From: Eledone cirrhosa
Taxonomy: Eukaryota
NCBI GenBank assembly: GCA_964016885.1
Contig: OZ024743.1
Span: 346,518,001-346,582,000, forward strand
Reading direction: 5' to 3'
DNA length: 64,000 nucleotides
A program made the position numbers and the translations under genes. The notes beneath the pieces are model-generated. The model was not told the DNA's origin. It worked only from the letters and a program-made list of their open reading frames with translations, and did not search any database. Shown one piece after another: positions 58,470 through 64,000 of the stretch (position 1 is the stretch's first letter; the number at the start of each line of letters is the position of its first letter).

Positions 58470-59040
58470 CAAACACTGAGAAATCGCTCCACGCTTTGCT
58501 TATCTTAAATTGGTACAATAAAAGATGCTTCCAAGATTCATCGAAAGGGGGAGAGAATGAGGAATCCATGTTAACAAATATTCAAAACAGACTACGAACA
58601 CAGGACAAATAGAATTCCAATGTGTCTGTGGACGGATTTTCTCCACTGTACGCGGCATGAAGTTCCAGCAAACGAAAGATGCTTGAGCAAGGACAACAGC
58701 GCATTGCTCTGGCATACAAGACGTCAGAAAGCAAGGCCAGGAGTCATGTCACAGCACTAAGGACAACCACGTCGTTATTTCAGTAAAGGAATTTGTGGAG
58801 GCTCTTGAAACCAAAGGTTAACATGCCCCCTTCATGTGCCAAAGAGAAATGGGAGTTGATGGACGGGAAAAAAGTCCAGAAATGAAAAGTGCTCATCAGA
58901 AATAGCAGCCTGGAACGCAAATTATCCACATTCGGGGACCTTGTTTACTCAATCTGCAAAGATGCCAATGGAGTAAGACTATTCAATACAAAAACACCGT
59001 CTAAGAAGTACACACGTCAGCGAGAGACCGCTTGAGAGGC
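58470..59040 (+). mobile_element. Hero-like (RLE-clade) non-LTR retrotransposon 5' fragment
   Basis: QCVCGRIFSTVRGMKFQ zinc finger and LERKLSTFGDLVYSICKD resemble the N-terminus of Hero-type ORFs; frameshifted. Confidence 0.55.
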
Positions 59041-59479
59041 ATCGTGTTTATATTTTAGCGAACACCAAGGAAGGTAACTCAGAGTGAATCGTAGTTTGTA
59101 GTGTTGGAGACGGTGACACTGTTGAAGTTTCACCACTACCACAACTACCAACGTTATATTTCCAACCACAAGAAAGCATATAAGTTATATGTTTTCTTGA
59201 AAGCAGAGGCAACGGATAGGAGTTCCAGCTAGATCCTGTCAACAAAATCTTCATACGGTTTAAATACATAAGTTTCCGATATCCGAATGGCTAAAAGTAA
59301 GCAGAAAAATACCCGAGAGTCAGAGCCCCATTCGGCCCGCCGGCCCCATTATAGTGTTAGAAGTTAAGGACCGATGGACTCGCTTTGAGTAGTTTCTTCT
59401 CTGAAGACCTTCTGCTGTTCAACTCTCCTGAAAATGTTTTACTTCAAAGTATATATATATATACTGTATATATACATAC

Positions 59480-59560
<81 letters not shown>

Positions 59561-59569
59561 CGGCGATGA

Positions 59570-60024
59570 ATTAGTTTTGCGAGGTTTTTTATATGAAATC
59601 GTGTGTCGAAACAGATATTGTTATATTTGGGGAGGGTCATATTTGCGTAATATTGCCAGAATTAATAACAGAACACACTCACTGTTTGGTTGGTTTTCGC
59701 TTCTCGCTGTCTTTTATATCTGTGATCTAACTTACTCGGTCCTCAATGATGCCATTGACTGACCGGCGGTCAAAAATAATACACTGACGATGTTGCAGAT
59801 GTGCAACGAAAGATTTATGTAAATTATGTAAACTATATATATGTGTTTGTGTCTATATTGTATCTGTATTATTTTTGACCGCCGGTCAGTCAATGGCAAC
59901 ATTGAGGACCGAGTAAGTTAGATCACAGATATAAAAGACAGCGAGAAGCGAAAACCATCCAAACAGTGAGTGTGTTCTGTTATTAATTCTGGCAATATTA
60001 CGCAAATATGACCCTCCCCAAATA

Positions 60025-60028
<4 letters not shown>
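59570..60028. mobile_element. Fold-back pLTR, 164-bp arms with a hammerhead in the spacer
   Basis: Arms 59620-59783 / 59865-60028; tail 59570-59619; same family as 28384-28722. Confidence 0.85.
59780..59821 (+). ncRNA. Minimal type-I hammerhead
   Basis: taca-CTGACGA-t-gttgca-gatg-tgcaac-GAAA-gatt-TA-tgta. Confidence 0.75.
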
Positions 60029-60082
<54 letters not shown>

Positions 60083-60085
<3 letters not shown>

Positions 60086-61305
60086 AGAATAGAAATGGCT
60101 GTGTATGTGCTATTTAAGGTAACTTAAAATGCAGTTGGAATACGAAGAAAGCAAGAACAGGTGGGGGGGGGGGGTCCTCATCAGTTGTCTACTGGGGTTC
60201 TAGGATATTTCTACGCTTTAAAGACAAGATACCACATCACCCCCAGGACGTCAATAGCTGGATAAGTTATTGGGAAAACGAAGGAAGGAGGAAAAAAAAC
60301 AAAGGGGAAGAAAAGAGAAAGAGTAAGAAAACAGCGAAAAACAAACAAACCGAGCAATGTGCGAGCAACTATAGGTAGGAAATCCAAGACCACTCCATCA
60401 GAGAACTTAAGTTCGAGACCGTGTAATCGAGAGAAAAGACACACATCCGATCGCTGCAGTTGTAAGTGAGAAGAGAACTGCTAAACGGTCAGACGAGGGG
60501 GCGAAAGTAAGAGGGAGAAAGGGAGAGGAAGAAAGTGGGGTATGAGTAGATAAGGAGAAAGGGAGGAGAAGAAAGAGGGGTGAGAGTAGAAAGTGGCGAA
60601 ATAGGTAGAAGAGGAGAGAAGAATGGTCACAGCGAAAAACATGATGATATATATGGAGAATAGAAATGGTTGTGTAGTTGCTATTTAAAGTAATTTAAAA
60701 TGCAGTGGGAATGCGAAGGAAGCAAGAACAGTGGGTGGGGAGTTTTCCTCATCAGTGTTCTACTGGGAGTCTAGGATATTTCTACGCTTTAAAGACAAGA
60801 TACCACTTCACCCCAGGGCGTCAATAACTGTATAAGTTATTGGGAAAATGAAGGAAGGAGGGAAGGAAAGCAAAAGGGAAGAAAAGAGAAACAGTAACAC
60901 AACAGCGAAAAAACAAACAAACCAAGCAATGCGCGAGCAACTATAGGTGGGAAATCCAAGACCACTCCATAAGAGAACTTAAGTTCGAGAGCGTGTAATC
61001 GAGAGGAGAGACACACGTTTGATCGCCGCAGTTGTACGTGAGAAAAGAACTGCTTAAACGGTCAGACGAGGGATTGAAAGTGAGAGGGAGAAAGGGAGAG
61101 GAAGAAAGTGGGATAAGAGTAGATAGGGAGAAAGGGAGCGGAAGAAAGAGGGGTGAGAGTAGAAAGTGGTGAAATAGGTATAAGAGGAGAGAAGAATGGT
61201 CACAGCAAAAAACATGATGAAATATATGGAGAATAGAAATGGTTGTGTAGTTGCTATTTAAAGTAACTTAAAATGCAGTGGGAATACGAAGGAAGCAAGA
61301 ACAGG
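60083..61305 (-). mobile_element. Non-coding tandem element (subfamily A): 2 x ~572 bp + ~80 bp
   Basis: TGGAGAATAGAAATGG at 60083, 60654 and 61227; strong purine/pyrimidine strand asymmetry; (TA)n on both sides. Confidence 0.85.
60178..60246 (-). ncRNA. Candidate non-circularly permuted hammerhead (A1, best copy)
   Basis: Minus strand: CTGGGG-gtgatgt-GGTAT-C-TTGTCT-ttaaagcgta-GAA-ATATC-ctagaa-CCCCAG-t-AGACAA-CTGATGA; second copy at 60749-60816. Confidence 0.65.
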
Positions 61306-61307
61306 GG

Positions 61308-61387
<80 letters not shown>

Positions 61388-61540
61388 TTAAGGATACTAT
61401 TTATGGTTATGTATACAGTAAAACCTTTTATAATTATATATATGTTAAACCCTAAACAGTGAAAGACTTATTTATTACTACCTTATTACCAGTAAGATAA
61501 ATAGCTCAATGTAATAACATCAGTTATTCTACAGAGCAGT

Positions 61541-62649
61541 TATATAGAAATTACATGAATCAAAGTTCTGTTCTAATCATTTATTCGCTTACAATTGTTT
61601 CTTCCAAACCAAGTTTTGGAGTCTTCGGAGCAATTTTTCAATGATTGTTTACATACTTGACCTCCTTTTCAACACAAGAGACATACAGAAACATATGTAT
61701 ATATTGATGCACAGTGGGTTGACATCCATTATAATATTTAAGCATGGCATTTTACATTTAAAGATTAAAGTCATATTAAAAGAAAATTACAACAAAATTA
61801 AAGTTATAATACAACATTGGCAGTCTATGAAGGTGATGCAGGAGGATAGTTAGAAGTAGTTAGTTACACGTGGGGCATGCACGTGTGTCCTATTTATATA
61901 GTTACCTCCCCTCAAGCATTAACTCCCCTTAATCACATACACACTTCCGGAAAATAATACGATGTTAAGCCTCGCAACAAAAACAACCTGCTATATAATA
62001 TTGGATTAAAGAACATCAAGATGTAATATTCTAACCTAATTCATCAAGCATCCAATATTGAATCATCGTAGATTATGTGAAGGACATATTCTCTATATAT
62101 TACGATTCCTGGATTGTGAAAATGGTGGTGTATACGAAAACCATAACACTGTTTTGCTTCTCATTCTTAATACTTTAAATATTTCTCTGCATACAAGCTT
62201 CTATATCATACATATAAAATACTATACAACCCCCATAATACTCTTGCTTGCCCGCTTAAAGTGCTTATATTCCATATAACACCTTACCGCACTATAATAT
62301 TATATAAATAGGACACACGTGCATGCCCCACGTGTAACTAACTACTTCTAACTATCCTCCTGCATCACCTTCATAGACTGCCAATGTTGTATTATAACTT
62401 TAATTTTGTTGTAATTTTCTTTTAATATGACTTTAATCTTTAAATGTAAACTGCCATGCTTAAATATTATAATGGATGTCAACCCACTGTGCATCAATAT
62501 ATACATATCTTTATGTATGTCACTTGTGTTGAAAAGGAGGTCAAGTATGTAAACAATCATTGAAAAATTACTCCGAAGACACCAAACCTCGGTTTGGAAG
62601 AAACAATTGTAAGCGGATAAATGATTTGAACAGAACTTTGATTCATGTA

Positions 62650-62660
<11 letters not shown>
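61541..62660. mobile_element. PLE 3' region with a 360-bp inverted pLTR copy
   Basis: Arms 61541-61900 / 62301-62660 with a 400-bp spacer; hammerheads at 61585-61633 (-) and 62568-62616 (+); related to 26960-27410. Confidence 0.85.
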
Positions 62661-62705
<45 letters not shown>

Positions 62706-63062
62706 GCACACACAAATATGCATACATATATATAGAGTTACCTGATGGAATATGTTATTTATCGATCTGTTTATACACATACATGGTGGCTGCCAACTCG
62801 TTTTCGAGTACGGCCACTACTTTATATCCATGTAGGAGAACCTCTACCGATGCGCTGAACGAGTGTGACTTTTTAGTTCAGCCAGCGACTTGAAAACTCT
62901 GATACAAACACTACACTTGTGACAATTACTGACACATAGTGCTGGGCCCATGGTACCATGGATACATACATGCATACATATATACATAAACATGAACAGA
63001 AAAATCATGCTGTAAACTCAGAAAGAGAATGTTTCCTCATATATGTGTGTGTGTGTGTATGT

Positions 63063-63186
<124 letters not shown>

Positions 63187-63519
63187 CTGTGTGTGTCTGT
63201 GCGTGTGTATGTGTGTATGTGTTTGTGTGTGTGTGTACAGAACACTGCGCTAATCACCTGAATCAAACATCACTTTATTAGAAAGAGCTGTCCACTGAGA
63301 AGCTTAAGGCGGGATTTAAATAAAAATTTCATGAAATTAATCCTCTAAATAAAAAGAGTATATCCTCATATATGTTGTTGATGGTATGTATGTGTACGTA
63401 TCTTTGCGTTTACGTCATTTTCTCAATGTTTTGTGTACATACACTTGTTAGTGTATAGTGTATCAGTAATATCTTTTTAGCATGTGTGTGTGCGTGGGCG
63501 CAGATCTGTGTGTGTGTGA

Positions 63520-63569
<50 letters not shown>

Positions 63570-63583
63570 TTATATATATATAC

Positions 63584-63645
<62 letters not shown>

Positions 63646-63675
63646 TATATATATTATATATATTATATATATATA

Positions 63676-63758
<83 letters not shown>

Positions 63759-64000
63759 GTTCTCCACTGTACGCGGTTATACATATATAGTGTGTGTGCG
63801 TTTGTGTGTAAATTATATATTACTTTTTGCAAGTTTTTTTGTTGTCAACATATTTACTTTGACGTGTGCATAAACCGATAAGTGTAAGAACGGGAAGGTT
63901 TTTTTCCATGCGATATATGCCATCGGTTTCTAAGTATTTCAAAGTCTATATGTATTTATGTTGTATATGCAATTGTCTGCATATATATACAACCTGAAGG

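Noticed and set aside
60725-60760. Reading the motif as an ordinary type-I hammerhead (GAACA-CTGATGA-G-GAAA...TGTTC)
   Set aside because: No helix III or U16.1, and the downstream GAAA is not conserved in the sister unit; the upstream GAAA with covarying stem III fits much better.
61641-62560. Two near-identical 70-aa ORFs on opposite strands
   Set aside because: By-product of the inverted pLTR duplication; no coding features.

Overview
AT-rich, microsatellite-saturated eukaryotic DNA with no intact protein-coding gene. The SINE families and repeat landscape look cephalopod, probably Octopus (inference). Almost all ORF-track entries are (TA)n/(CA)n/(GA)n/trinucleotide artefacts. The recognisable content is decayed transposons: Tx1/L1-clade LINEs (one nested in another with a TSD), RTE fragments, a Hero-like RLE fragment, Penelope-like elements (PLEs; RT/GIY-YIG remnants), two tRNA-SINE families, a hAT MITE and Helitron 3' ends. 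Two RNA-level patterns stand out. (1) Many small PLE pseudo-LTR pieces sit in (TA)n tracts, carry minimal type-I hammerhead ribozymes with palindromic helix III, and are repeatedly arranged as fold-back inverted repeats whose turning points lie at or beside the ribozyme. (2) A non-coding ~0.55-0.65 kb tandem element, present as four divergent subfamilies, carries all three hammerhead core strands in a non-circularly permuted order (NUH-stemI, then GAAA-stemIII, then stemI-CUGANGA) with compensatory changes in three helices; one copy starts at the predicted cleavage site. A possible TE-disrupted host terminal exon lies at 21005-22615 (-). All structures were folded by eye and need computational and biochemical confirmation.
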